DNA of 53,421 nucleotides from an uncultured Planctomycetia bacterium (GCA_964373055.1 CAYJTM010000002.1:1-53421), one strand, 5' to 3'. Shown: positions 18,514-27,928, counted from the first letter of the stretch. Notes: generated from the sequence alone by a model not told the origin. Translations and numbers: made by a program.

Positions 18514-19786
18514 AGAGCCGGTTCTTAATCCGGAGGATCAGCTTCTTGTTTCTTGCGGGCGTCCCGCTTTTGATGAGGCGGTTTTCTCCCGGCTCTGTTC
18601 CGAAGTCCGCGATTGGGACGCCCTTCTCCGGAAGGCCGCCCGCCACCGCGTGATCCTTCGGCTCCACGCTTTCTTAAAACAAATAGGGGCCGGAGGAATC
18701 CTCGAACCGGCCGCCTGGCGGAAGATCGAGGAGGTTTCCCGCCTAACTCAATTCCGCGTCATGGCCCTGGAAGCGGAGCTTTCGGAAACCCTGCTGCCCC
18801 GGTTCAATCAGGCCGGTATCGAACCGCTCTTGCTCAAGGGTCTCGCCCTCAATCGGACGGTTTATGCCGGGAAACCTTGCCGCTCCTTTAAGGATCTCGA
18901 CCTGTTGATCCATCCCAATGAGGCGGGGCGGGCTCGCTCTGTCCTGGAAGGCCTGGGATATCAGGAAAAACAGGACTCTCATTTTCCCAGCCGCTGGCAC
19001 GAGCGGGTCCTTTCGCCGCTGCTTCCTCAGAATGCCATTTCTTTCTTTCATGCTGAGCGGAGGGTCCCCGTGGATCTCCATCTCGAACCTTTTGGGGAGG
19101 ATGCCCCGGTGCGCTGGGAACCGGACTGGCTCTGGAAGGAGGCGCGGCCCGTTCCGGTGGGGGATTCCTCCGCTTGGATCCCTCACCCGGACCGGCTCTT
19201 CCTGCATCTGCTGTTTCACCTGGCCAAGCACATCGGCCGGCGCCAGAACTTCTTGGGCTGGTACCTCGATCTGGATGAATGCCTCCGGTATCCGGGGGGA
19301 GTCGGGGAAGGGGATTTCTGCCGGGCGGAGATCGAGAAACAGCCGGTTGCGGGGGAAGCTTTTCAGATCCTGGGTTTTCTCCAAACACATTTTGAAACCC
19401 CGTTGTCTTTCCCGTTGAAGGAAGCCATCCGCGCGCGGAGGATTCGGCCTCTTCCTTTGGAGCAGCTTTTCCTTCCGGAAGAGACGCTGGACATCTCCAC
19501 GTTTTCCGACGGCGGCTGGATCGACCGCCGGGAAACCTTCTTTTCTTATTGGGACCGCGTGCCGGGCTGGGGGGCGAAGACCTGGTTCCTTTTGAGATGG
19601 ATTTTCCCGGACGGGTTCTACTTTGAAGCCAAATACCCTCCCTTCCGAACGCCAAGCCAGAAACTCCGGACCTATGCCAAACACTTCCGCGCCCTCCTTT
19701 ACAAGGGGTTTTATCTTCTGCGCTATTGCCTGGATCGGAAAAAGAGCTATACTGAACACCAGCATGCCTCCCAAAGTCCGGGTTGA
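18506..19786 (+). CDS. uncharacterised nucleotidyltransferase family protein (PF14907-like)
   Basis: EPLLLKGLALNRTVY...RSFKDLDLLIHPNEAGRARSVLEGLGY motif. Overlaps the kinase gene by 8 nt. Confidence 0.8.
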   Translation: MLREPVLNPEDQLLVSCGRPAFDEAVFSRLCSEVRDWDALLRKAARHRVILRLHAFLKQIGAGGILEPAAWRKIEEVSRLTQFRVMALEAELSETLLPRFNQAGIEPLLLKGLALNRTVYAGKPCRSFKDLDLLIHPNEAGRARSVLEGLGYQEKQDSHFPSRWHERVLSPLLPQNAISFFHAERRVPVDLHLEPFGEDAPVRWEPDWLWKEARPVPVGDSSAWIPHPDRLFLHLLFHLAKHIGRRQNFLGWYLDLDECLRYPGGVGEGDFCRAEIEKQPVAGEAFQILGFLQTHFETPLSFPLKEAIRARRIRPLPLEQLFLPEETLDISTFSDGGWIDRRETFFSYWDRVPGWGAKTWFLLRWIFPDGFYFEAKYPPFRTPSQKLRTYAKHFRALLYKGFYLLRYCLDRKKSYTEHQHASQSPG

Positions 19787-20051
19787 GTTCTCGAAGAAGG
19801 TGATGGGGAAGAAACTTGAGGGGGAGTGGGTTTTTCTCCATCTTGAGAACGGAAAATATTACGGCTTGAATGAGACCGGGAGTCTTGTCTGGGATGAGAT
19901 CAGGGAGAAGAAAGATCCTGAAGAGGCCGTCGCCCGCCTTCAAACCGTTTATCAATTGGAACGCCGCCAGGCGGAGAAAGACGTCCGGGATCTCTTGAAG
20001 GAGCTCGAGAGAGAGGGCCTGATCCGGGTTGAGCATTCCGAAAACGCTTAG
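19764..20051 (+). CDS. PqqD-family lasso peptide chaperone / RRE (B1)
   Basis: WVFLHLENGKYYGLNETGSLVWDEI, about 95 aa. ATG at 19764; an alternative ATG is at 19803. Confidence 0.85.
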   Translation: MPPKVRVEFSKKVMGKKLEGEWVFLHLENGKYYGLNETGSLVWDEIREKKDPEEAVARLQTVYQLERRQAEKDVRDLLKELEREGLIRVEHSENA

Positions 20052-20433
20052 GGCAGTTCTTCGATTCTCGCCGGCCGAACGAATCGCGATTCTACTCGCC
20101 TATGCATTCCTCCTGAAGGCCCGTCTTCTCCTTATCTTCTGTTCTCGGTCCGTGGTGGAGGAAGCTGTCTCCGCTTCGCCCTCGCTGCGCCGGCCCAGGA
20201 GCGGGTTTTCCCAAAGGGAGTTGGACGCTCTCTTCCGCATCGCCTGGCGATACCAGTTCCCATGGCCGAAATGCCTTGTCACCGCGCTGGCCCAGCGGTT
20301 TTTCCTTGCCCACTACGGCCATGCCGTCTCCTTCAAGATCGGCGTCCAAAAGAATGAGGGGAGATTCCAGGCCCACGCCTGGTGCGGAGACAGGGAACGT
20401 CCCTACGTTCCGCTGGAGGCGCCGAGCTCATGA
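20029..20433 (+). CDS. lasso peptide biosynthesis B2 protein (transglutaminase-like leader peptidase)
   Basis: FPWPKCLVTALAQRFFL...GV....RFQAHAW, giving a Cys/His catalytic pair. Confidence 0.9.
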   Translation: MSIPKTLRAVLRFSPAERIAILLAYAFLLKARLLLIFCSRSVVEEAVSASPSLRRPRSGFSQRELDALFRIAWRYQFPWPKCLVTALAQRFFLAHYGHAVSFKIGVQKNEGRFQAHAWCGDRERPYVPLEAPSS

Positions 20434-22316
20434 GCGGGATCGGCGGGGTTTTCCACGCGGACGGCTCCCCGGCGGACCGGGCGCTGCTGGAAAGAATGCG
20501 GGAGATCATCGATCACAGGGGCCCCGACGGCGCCGGCTTCTGGATGGACGGGAATGTCGGTCTTGTCCACCGGCTTCTCCGCAACACCGAGGAATCGGTT
20601 TCCGACCAGCAGCCGATGACAAACGGCCGCGGCCTCTGGATCACGGCCGACTGCCGGATCGATAACCGGGAGGAGCTCAAGCAATCCTTCGAATCAAAAG
20701 GCCTCTGGAGGGAAATGCAGAAGCTCTTCAACGGCCGGCCGATTCCCGATTCCGCTTTTATCCTCTTTGCTTATGAACTTTGGGGGGAAGATTCCCCTAA
20801 CCACCTCTTGGGCGACTTCGCCTTCGCCGTTTGGGATCAGCCCCGCCAAGCACTCTTCTGCGCCCGGGATCAAATTGGGATTAAACCTTTCAACTACCAC
20901 TGGAACGGAAGGAAGTTTCTCTTCGGGACAGAGATGAAGCAGGTTTTTCAGGATCCCAGCCTTTCCAGAGACCTAGACCTCTATTATCTTTCGGATCTGC
21001 TTGCGATGAACTTCCCGAACCGGGAACAGACCCCCTATGAGGCGGTCCGGAGACTGCCGCCGGCCCATTGCCTGAAGATTCGCGGGGGAAACTTTAACGT
21101 CAAACGTTACTGGCATTGGAACCCGGATTCCGAATCTTTGTCGAAATCAAGCTGCGAGGAAAACGCCGGTGTTTTTCTTTCCCTATTCACACAGGCGGTC
21201 CAGGCAAGGTTGCGGACGGTTTCGGGATACCGAACAGGTTCCTTGCTGAGCGGCGGCCTCGATTCCTCATCCATTGTGTCGGTCGCGGCGCTAGCGGGGG
21301 ATTCGGAAGCTGGTTTTCCGGTATTCAGCCTCTCCTGCCCGGAAGCCAATCCGGAGTATCAACTCAAAAACTATGATTTCGCGGATGAAGCCGTTTACCG
21401 GAAAGCGCTGATTGAAAAATACCGATTGGAAGCCCATGAGATAGAGATCGCGGGCCGAAGCCCCTTCGAAAATTTAAAAAAAAATATCTGGCATCAGGAA
21501 ATCCCCCTCTTTTCTCCTGGTTTCAACTCTTACGGACCCCTCTGCCGGGCTATCCAAGAGGCCGGCGTGCGGATCCTTTTGGACGGAAACGGCGGAGATG
21601 AAATGTTTCACGTTCGCCCGCCCCGTTCGTTCAAAGAACTCCGTGGACGCGCTCGGATGACTGCTTGGATCCCTGAAAGGATAAAGGCTTTTTACCGCCG
21701 AGGTTTCCGGGATGTCCTGCCGCGCGCTATACGAAAGGGGTGGGCTAAAAAGTTTTCCTTGAGGAGCCGGGTGCTCCGGGATTTCGGTTGGGATTTCCCC
21801 TCCCGAGGGTCTTCTTCTTTTGGTATCTTGCTTTTATTAAAGAGGGGTTATCATGCGACCTGGCTCGAGACGGTGGACCGAGGAGCCGCTGCCGCCCGAT
21901 ACGAAGTCCGGTTTCCCTTTCTTGACAGGAGACTCCTGCGGTTTTCCGCCACGTTGCCGTTGGACCAAAAAGTCCGGGGAGAGGTTAAGAAAGTTTTATT
22001 GCGTCAAGCGTTAAGGGGGCATCTTCCCCCCGCTACGTGCGGCCGCTTAAAAAAGTCGGAATATAGTCCAGCTGTGCGCGTAAGCCTCGAGCGGTACGCC
22101 CAAGAACCCATTCGGGCCCTGTTCAGAAACCCTCATTTTCTTGTTCGGGAAATGGTCGATGTTGAGAAGCTGAGGAAGGCCAGTCCTGTGGGCAGTTGGT
22201 TTTTTTGGCATGTCTTGAGCCTCGATCAGTGGCTCAAAAACAGGGAAGATTTTTTTGAAAAACCCAAGGAGAGTTTCTATGAAACAGAGGTCGCTTCCTC
22301 GTCAAGCGCGGGATAG
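20430..22316 (+). CDS. asparagine-synthetase-like lasso cyclase (C)
   Basis: MSGIGGVFHADG N-terminus and a SLLSGGLDSSSIV PP-loop. ATGA overlap with B2. Confidence 0.9.
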   Translation: MSGIGGVFHADGSPADRALLERMREIIDHRGPDGAGFWMDGNVGLVHRLLRNTEESVSDQQPMTNGRGLWITADCRIDNREELKQSFESKGLWREMQKLFNGRPIPDSAFILFAYELWGEDSPNHLLGDFAFAVWDQPRQALFCARDQIGIKPFNYHWNGRKFLFGTEMKQVFQDPSLSRDLDLYYLSDLLAMNFPNREQTPYEAVRRLPPAHCLKIRGGNFNVKRYWHWNPDSESLSKSSCEENAGVFLSLFTQAVQARLRTVSGYRTGSLLSGGLDSSSIVSVAALAGDSEAGFPVFSLSCPEANPEYQLKNYDFADEAVYRKALIEKYRLEAHEIEIAGRSPFENLKKNIWHQEIPLFSPGFNSYGPLCRAIQEAGVRILLDGNGGDEMFHVRPPRSFKELRGRARMTAWIPERIKAFYRRGFRDVLPRAIRKGWAKKFSLRSRVLRDFGWDFPSRGSSSFGILLLLKRGYHATWLETVDRGAAAARYEVRFPFLDRRLLRFSATLPLDQKVRGEVKKVLLRQALRGHLPPATCGRLKKSEYSPAVRVSLERYAQEPIRALFRNPHFLVREMVDVEKLRKASPVGSWFFWHVLSLDQWLKNREDFFEKPKESFYETEVASSSSAG

Positions 22317-22446
22317 GGGTAAAAAGGGAAGGTACATTCCCCCCTCTCTGGTTCGTTATGGGAATCTAAAGAAAATCACGCTAGGGCTATCGCCGGAGGG
22401 CCCTGAGGACAATCCAACTCCTTGGATCGGGACGATGTATTCGTAA
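22279..22446 (+). CDS. lasso peptide precursor (A): 35-aa leader plus 20-aa core GLSPEGPEDNPTPWIGTMYS
   Basis: AAGGAGA RBS lies 7 nt before the ATG. The leader YIPPSLVRYGNLKKITL fits YxxPxLxxxGxxxxxTx exactly. Core has Gly1 and Glu8/Asp9. C-terminal Ser. Confidence 0.8.
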   Translation: MKQRSLPRQARDRGKKGRYIPPSLVRYGNLKKITLGLSPEGPEDNPTPWIGTMYS

Positions 22447-22468
22447 CAAGCCTGTCCAGCAATAAGGC

Positions 22469-23755
22469 ATGAAAGTTCTTTACACGCCTTGCCGTTTTAT
22501 ACCGCGCCCGGTCGGGGGCGGAGATATTCATGTCCAATCCCAAGCGGAAGTTTTAAGAGAGCGAGGGGTGACGGTGGTGGGGGCTTTCCCGGGCGCGTCC
22601 CCTGCTGAGGCTGTGAAGGATTTCGCGGGAATTCTTGAGAAGGAACGGCCTGACATCGTCCATTTTTTTAGCTTCAAGCCGGATCTTTCCGTTCCATTCC
22701 TTCGGGAGGCGAAGCGGCGGGGACTCCCCACCGTTTTTAGCTACATCAGCGCGGAGACGGGCTGCGGGCGGAAAACCCTCTTGCGGTGGGGAAAAGAGCC
22801 CTGCTCAAGCATTTTTAATCTGGATCTTTGCGTTTCCTGCGCACTCCACGGTCACGGCCTGCCGCGGATTGTTTCCGGGCTGGTAGGACGAACTCCGGTG
22901 AGGATCGGTTCCTCTCTGAGAAGGATGAAGATACTCGGAAAAGCAGGAACAGCCCTTCGGATGCGGGCGCAGATTCAGGCGAGCCAGCAATCCTTCAAAG
23001 CTTTTCTTGACGGGGTGGATCATGTTGTCGCTTCAGCGGAATGGGCGAGGGTTCTTCTGCTTAGAAACGGGGTTCAGCCGGATAAGATTACTTTGTCCCG
23101 CGTTGGAATCCCTCACAATGTACCCGCTCCGTCCGTTCAAGCGAAGGAGATCACGTTGCCGCTTCGCGTCGCGATGGTGGGGCGGCTACACCCGCAAAAA
23201 GGGTTTCATATTCTCATTCCTGCTTTGCGTCGGGAGCCCAGGCTTAAGATTAAATTAGATATTTTTGCCTCGTTTGCTCAGGATGTCGGGTCACGCGGGT
23301 TAAGATTTCTGCAGAAGTTCTCCGGAAATGATTTCCGCATCAGATTCCATCCCTTGCCGATGCCCATAGATAAGCTCTCCAGCCTTTTGAAAGATTATGA
23401 CGCGCTTGCGGTGCCTTCGCAGTGGCTTGAGACGGGACCTCTCGTCGTCTTGGAATCCTTTGCCGCGGGAACACCGGTGATCGGCTCTCGCTGGGGGGGG
23501 ATTTCAGAATTGATAAAGGACGGCGTGAATGGCCTGCTTGTGGATTCGCCGCACCGGATTGAATCTTGGCAAGCGGTCTTACGAAGAATTTGCGCTGAGC
23601 CCAATCTCCTTGAGGATTTGAGAAAAAATATTCTCCCTCCCCGTACGATGAATGAGACGGCCGAAGAAATAGAGGGCGTCTATCGCCGGCTGCTTTTTGG
23701 AAGAAAGCCGTTATCAACGAGTTCTTGCAGCAGCGCGGCGCCGGCCACCCGATGA
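22469..23755 (+). CDS. glycosyltransferase, GT-B fold (GT4-like)
   Basis: C-terminal GSRWGGISELIKDGVNGLLVD (EX7E-type region). Starts 23 nt after the precursor stop. Confidence 0.85.
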   Translation: MKVLYTPCRFIPRPVGGGDIHVQSQAEVLRERGVTVVGAFPGASPAEAVKDFAGILEKERPDIVHFFSFKPDLSVPFLREAKRRGLPTVFSYISAETGCGRKTLLRWGKEPCSSIFNLDLCVSCALHGHGLPRIVSGLVGRTPVRIGSSLRRMKILGKAGTALRMRAQIQASQQSFKAFLDGVDHVVASAEWARVLLLRNGVQPDKITLSRVGIPHNVPAPSVQAKEITLPLRVAMVGRLHPQKGFHILIPALRREPRLKIKLDIFASFAQDVGSRGLRFLQKFSGNDFRIRFHPLPMPIDKLSSLLKDYDALAVPSQWLETGPLVVLESFAAGTPVIGSRWGGISELIKDGVNGLLVDSPHRIESWQAVLRRICAEPNLLEDLRKNILPPRTMNETAEEIEGVYRRLLFGRKPLSTSSCSSAAPATR

Positions 23756-24930
23756 CCTTTCTGATTCCAATGAGCCCCATCGCCCAATCTTAATTTCCCT
23801 TGGATGGATTCTTCCGAAACGATTCGATCGGGAATGCTGGCGATAAACGGGATGCCCGTTTGCGCGAAGATTTTCCCAAAGTGGTCTCTCGAGGGGCCTT
23901 CGCTGACGGTAAAGGCGACCATCGGTGTTTCGCCGACCCTGTCTTTAATCCTGCCGATAATCTGCCGCGTTACCTCAAAGGATTCTCGATAGGGCCCGAA
24001 GTTGAGGCCTTGTTTTTCGATGTCATTTTCTACCGTGTAAATTTTACCGATCTTGGCAAGGCGAACAAGGTTTTGTCGAGACATAACGATTAAGCGATAG
24101 GCCAGCCTTGAGCGGAGCGCCAAGAAATAAACGGTTTCGCCGAAATTTCCAGGATACCGATACGACACCGTGCCCTTTGTGTCGTAATAAGGCCGGACCA
24201 TCGGGTGATTCTCAAAGCAGCTCTTAGATCCTAATTCCCAATGATTATTAATGAAATCATTGGCGCACACTTGCAGCAGGATCAGATCCGGTTTAATTCT
24301 ATCCAGGTATTTGTCGATCACAAAAAATTCCTGCAGCGTTCCGTACCCCGTCCCCCCGTAAACAAAGAGTTCTGCGCCGAGTTCGTTTTTAAGCGTTTCG
24401 TAATACATGGCGGGGCTGCCTCCCGCCGTAAAGGAATCTCCTACAATAAAGATCTTGAGCCGTTTTGTTTCCGGGTCGCCGAAATATTTTTTTCCGGACC
24501 AGCCCAAGAGGTCATCTCGGTAGAGGCTAATGGATTTGTGCAGCGGGATATCCCAGCGGAATGAATCGTAGAAACGAACGAAGAGTTCTCCTCCCACGCA
24601 GAGCGCTAAGAGGGTTGACATGAAAACCGCCGCGCGGACCCGGAACCCTACCTGCCGGCGCCCCCTGTGTTTTAAAAGATAGACGACGAGGAAACCCAGG
24701 GCCAGCATCCATGCGGTCCAGAAAAGAAAAGAAAACCACAGGGTATCCCCGATTCTCAAATAGGTCTCCAGCGGAGAGGAGGTGTTTTGATCAATGAACC
24801 GGTTGAGGACGCTGAGAGATTGCCTGCGGTAGATGGATCCGATGAGGAAACGGCCCCAAAGAGGGTAGGCCGTGATAAGAACGAAGCCGAAGACGAGGAA
24901 GGATAATCGGATCAGTCCCGCTGGTTTCAT
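23680..24930 (-). CDS. membrane-anchored SGNH/GDSL-like hydrolase or acyltransferase
   Basis: N-terminal TM helices, block I IFIVGDSFTAGG, and a C-terminal DGAHWNQKGH. ATG at 24930 (ORF track start 24990). Confidence 0.7.
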   Translation of the reverse strand: MKPAGLIRLSFLVFGFVLITAYPLWGRFLIGSIYRRQSLSVLNRFIDQNTSSPLETYLRIGDTLWFSFLFWTAWMLALGFLVVYLLKHRGRRQVGFRVRAAVFMSTLLALCVGGELFVRFYDSFRWDIPLHKSISLYRDDLLGWSGKKYFGDPETKRLKIFIVGDSFTAGGSPAMYYETLKNELGAELFVYGGTGYGTLQEFFVIDKYLDRIKPDLILLQVCANDFINNHWELGSKSCFENHPMVRPYYDTKGTVSYRYPGNFGETVYFLALRSRLAYRLIVMSRQNLVRLAKIGKIYTVENDIEKQGLNFGPYRESFEVTRQIIGRIKDRVGETPMVAFTVSEGPSRDHFGKIFAQTGIPFIASIPDRIVSEESIQGKLRLGDGAHWNQKGHRVAGAALLQELVDNGFLPKSSRR

Positions 24931-25068
24931 CGTTGCGCCCCCCTGCGAAATCCCTTTTCCTCCCCGTGCTTCCCGGGGTATCCTCTTCATGGGCAGTTCT
25001 TTCTTTGCTGATGTCCGTCAACTGTTTCCAGGATAACCCTAAAGCCGGCGGATTTCATCCTGGAAAAG

Positions 25069-25287
25069 ATGGAACCGGAGGAAAAGTTGAGGCGGGTCCT
25101 TCTGAAAGTGGGCCACTTCCAGTCCTCTCTTTTGCTCTGCCTGATCTACCTCGTGCTTTGGGTTCCTGTTGGGCTACTGTCGTTCCTGTTCGCGGACTGG
25201 CTCCGCCGGCGCAGGCCGGCCGCGTCGGCCTGGCTTCCTCGGAATCCCCGCTTGAACCTGCCAGAGCACGCGAAAGAGCCCTACTGA
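25069..25287 (+). CDS. small membrane protein preceding carbamoyltransferase (SxtJ-like position)
   Basis: 72 aa with one or two TM helices. Ends 2 nt before the carbamoyltransferase ATG. The family assignment is uncertain. Confidence 0.45.
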   Translation: MEPEEKLRRVLLKVGHFQSSLLLCLIYLVLWVPVGLLSFLFADWLRRRRPAASAWLPRNPRLNLPEHAKEPY

Positions 25288-25289
25288 GG

Positions 25290-26999
25290 ATGTACCTTCT
25301 CGGCCTTTCCTGTTTCTACCACGATGCAGCGGCGGTGATCTTGCGCGACGGGCTGCTGATCGCCGCAGCGGAGGAGGAACGTTTCTCCCGAAAGAAGCAT
25401 GACAGCGGATATCCGCAGCAGGCGATCCGGTTTTGCTTGGCCCGAGCAGGGATCACGGCGCAGGACCTCGACGGCGTTGTTTTTTATGAGAAGCCCCTCG
25501 TTAAGTTTGAGCGAATCATCAAGACCACCCTGCAAACGATCCCCCGGTCCGCCAAGCTCTTCCGATCCGCTATGGGCAGCTGGCTCGTGGATAAGCTTTG
25601 GATCGAGGAGATCATCCGGGCGGATTTGGGGGTTTCGCCGGATAGGATCTTTTTTGCCGACCACCATCAGTCCCACGCCGCCAGCGCTTTCTACTGCTCC
25701 CCCTTTGATTCCGCCGCTGTGCTGACCATCGACGGTGTAGGGGAGTGGGCCTGCGGGTCGATCGGCTTAGGGCAGGGTTCCCGCCTGACCCAGAGCCGGG
25801 AGATCCGCTTCCCGCATTCCCTGGGGCTTCTCTACAGCACTTTCACGGCCTTTCTGGGGTTTGAGGTGAACGAGGGGGAGTACAAGGTAATGGGGATGGC
25901 CGCCTACGGGATCCCCCGGTACACCGAGGAGGTGCGGAAGATCCTAAAGGTGTACGCGGACGGATCCCTCTGGCTGGATCTGAGATACTTCGCGTTCCAC
26001 CATTCCACCGACCGCAGCTTCAGCCGAAAGTTCACGGAGGTGTTCGGCCCTCCCCGAGACCCGAAACGGTCGGAGGACCTGGACCCGAAATACTGCGACA
26101 TCGCTGCCAGTATCCAGAAGGTGACCGAGGAGGTGGTCGTGGCGATGGCGCGCCAGGCCTTGCGGGAGACGGGCCAGGAGCGTCTCTGCTACGCGGGAGG
26201 GGTGGCGCTCAACAGCGTGGCGAACTGGCGGATCCTGCAGGAGACTCCGGTAAAGGACCTGTTCATCCAACCGGCAGCGGGGGACTCCGGTGGGGCCTTG
26301 GGGGCCGCCCTCTACCTCTATCACCATGTTCTGGGGAACCCCCGGCGGTTCGTGATGGATCATGCCTACTGGGGAGCGGACAGCTCGCCGGCTCAGGTGG
26401 AGGAGTTTCTGCGGTCGGAGAATATCCGGTATGAGCCGCTTGGGCGGCTGGATGCGCTGGTGGACCGGACCGTCGGCCTGCTGACGGAGGGCAAGGTGGT
26501 GGGATGGATGCAGGGAAGGTTCGAGTGGGGGCCCCGGGCGTTGGGCAACCGCTCGATTTTAGCGGATCCCAGACGCGCGGAGATGAAGGAGATCGTCAAC
26601 CGGAAGATCAAGTTCCGGGAACCGTTCCGTCCGTTTGCCCCTTCTGTCCATTCGGAAGCCGTGGGGGATTATTTCGAATTGCCCGAGAATGCCCGATGGC
26701 CGGCCCGGTTCATGCTGGTTGCGCCTCCCGTGAGGGCGCAGCGGCGGTCGGAGATCCCGGCGGTGACGCATGTGGATGGGACCGGACGGGTGCAATGGGT
26801 GGAGGAGTCGGAGAATCCGCTCTACGGTCGGCTGATCCGGCGATTTGGGGAGGCAACGGGGGTTCCGGTGGTGCTCAACACCTCTTTCAATCTGAAAGGC
26901 GAGCCGATCGTGAACACGCCGGCCCAGGCCCACTCCGCATTCATTCGCTCCGATATGGACGGCCTGGTGATGGCTCACTGCCTGGTGACGAAGGAATGA
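25290..26999 (+). CDS. carbamoyltransferase (NodU/CmcH family)
   Basis: MYLLGLSCFYHDAAA..., HHQSHAASAF, GGVALNSVAN, NTSFNLKGEPIV. The N-extension from 24933 is rejected. Confidence 0.92.
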   Translation: MYLLGLSCFYHDAAAVILRDGLLIAAAEEERFSRKKHDSGYPQQAIRFCLARAGITAQDLDGVVFYEKPLVKFERIIKTTLQTIPRSAKLFRSAMGSWLVDKLWIEEIIRADLGVSPDRIFFADHHQSHAASAFYCSPFDSAAVLTIDGVGEWACGSIGLGQGSRLTQSREIRFPHSLGLLYSTFTAFLGFEVNEGEYKVMGMAAYGIPRYTEEVRKILKVYADGSLWLDLRYFAFHHSTDRSFSRKFTEVFGPPRDPKRSEDLDPKYCDIAASIQKVTEEVVVAMARQALRETGQERLCYAGGVALNSVANWRILQETPVKDLFIQPAAGDSGGALGAALYLYHHVLGNPRRFVMDHAYWGADSSPAQVEEFLRSENIRYEPLGRLDALVDRTVGLLTEGKVVGWMQGRFEWGPRALGNRSILADPRRAEMKEIVNRKIKFREPFRPFAPSVHSEAVGDYFELPENARWPARFMLVAPPVRAQRRSEIPAVTHVDGTGRVQWVEESENPLYGRLIRRFGEATGVPVVLNTSFNLKGEPIVNTPAQAHSAFIRSDMDGLVMAHCLVTKE

Positions 27000-27178
27000 G
27001 CCGCCGGATTGATTCTCTGGCAGGACGGTTCCGGGTGGTCAGGTCGATTTTCCGTTTTCTCTGGCGGGAGCGTCTCTGGTGGATGATCCCGCTAATGGCG
27101 GTCCTCTTGATATTCGGAGCTCTGCTGCTCTTTGCCCAACAGAGCGCTTTGGCCCCGTTCATCTACACCCTCTTTTGA
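26996..27178 (+). CDS. DUF5989-family small membrane protein
   Basis: ATGA overlap with the carbamoyltransferase. C-terminal ...QSALAPFIYTLF is typical of this family. Confidence 0.8.
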   Translation: MSRRIDSLAGRFRVVRSIFRFLWRERLWWMIPLMAVLLIFGALLLFAQQSALAPFIYTLF

Positions 27179-27201
27179 ACACCGCGCCAAACCCGTTGGT
27201 T

Positions 27202-27861
27202 TCATTGTTGCGTCGCCCCTGTCTTTAGGAACGACAGGAAGCTCGGTTCAGAGCGGAACCACCCCGCGAAAGCTGTCCTTGGAAAGCTTCCGGTCACCCG
27301 GGTCACCCGGTGCTCCAGCTTATTGCTGATTCGGAAAAGGACGGCATCTCCGGAAGCGATGTTGGCCACTTCGCTCAAAGTTTTTTTTGAATTCTGATCT
27401 CGAATCTGAAGGACCCCTCCCTCATAGGGTTCCCGGCCGAGGTTGATCGAAAATCCGAACATTCTGTGCTTGCCCACATCATTGTGCCAATCCAGCTGTC
27501 CTTCGGAAGGGATAAGTTGGTAGAGCCTTCCTGTGAAATTTCGGATTGGACCGGAGCCCGCGATCTTTTCAATCACTCGGAAGAGGGCCGGATCATTCAG
27601 CAAAAAGAAAAAAAATCCAACGGTCCGGCTGTCTTCGAAATACAATTCTTCCCCGATCTGTTTGTAAGATTTTTTTGTGCCGCTTAATTCCTTAATCTGA
27701 CCCTGAAGAGTTTGGAGGAGGGGGAGGGAAAGGAACTGAGGGATCTGAACGCAATGATCGCGTTGAAAGGTTCTGGAGAAATCGCGCAGGTTTTTCTTCG
27801 CGGGCAGAAAGAAACTTCCGTCTTCTTGAACTTGCAAGGAAACCAAAGAAGCCCTCAGCAT
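27202..27861 (-). CDS. 2OG-Fe(II) oxygenase superfamily protein
   Basis: DWHND...(x)...LEHRV, a His-x-Asp...His facial triad pattern in a cupin-like region. Confidence 0.65.
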   Translation of the reverse strand: MLRASLVSLQVQEDGSFFLPAKKNLRDFSRTFQRDHCVQIPQFLSLPLLQTLQGQIKELSGTKKSYKQIGEELYFEDSRTVGFFFFLLNDPALFRVIEKIAGSGPIRNFTGRLYQLIPSEGQLDWHNDVGKHRMFGFSINLGREPYEGGVLQIRDQNSKKTLSEVANIASGDAVLFRISNKLEHRVTRVTGSFPRTAFAGWFRSEPSFLSFLKTGATQQ

Positions 27862-27928
27862 TACGGCCGACGGGGATTCATGAAGTCATTTTACCGGAGG
27901 AATAGGAGGAAGGCGATTCAAAAATAAA

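Noticed and set aside
22255-22278. TTG start at 22255 for the lasso precursor (63 aa).
   Set aside because: The ATG at 22279 has a strong AAGGAGA RBS at ideal spacing, while the TTG has none. The shorter 55-aa product is preferred, though the longer form is not excluded.
24933-25289. N-terminal extensions of ORFs into upstream genes: 24933 for the carbamoyltransferase, 1089 for beta-CASP, 15715 for the ABC-2 permease, 16503 for the LplA-like gene, 20382 for the cyclase, 40124 for murI.
   Set aside because: In each case the conserved protein begins at an internal start that abuts or overlaps the upstream stop. The extension overlaps a better-supported gene in another frame.
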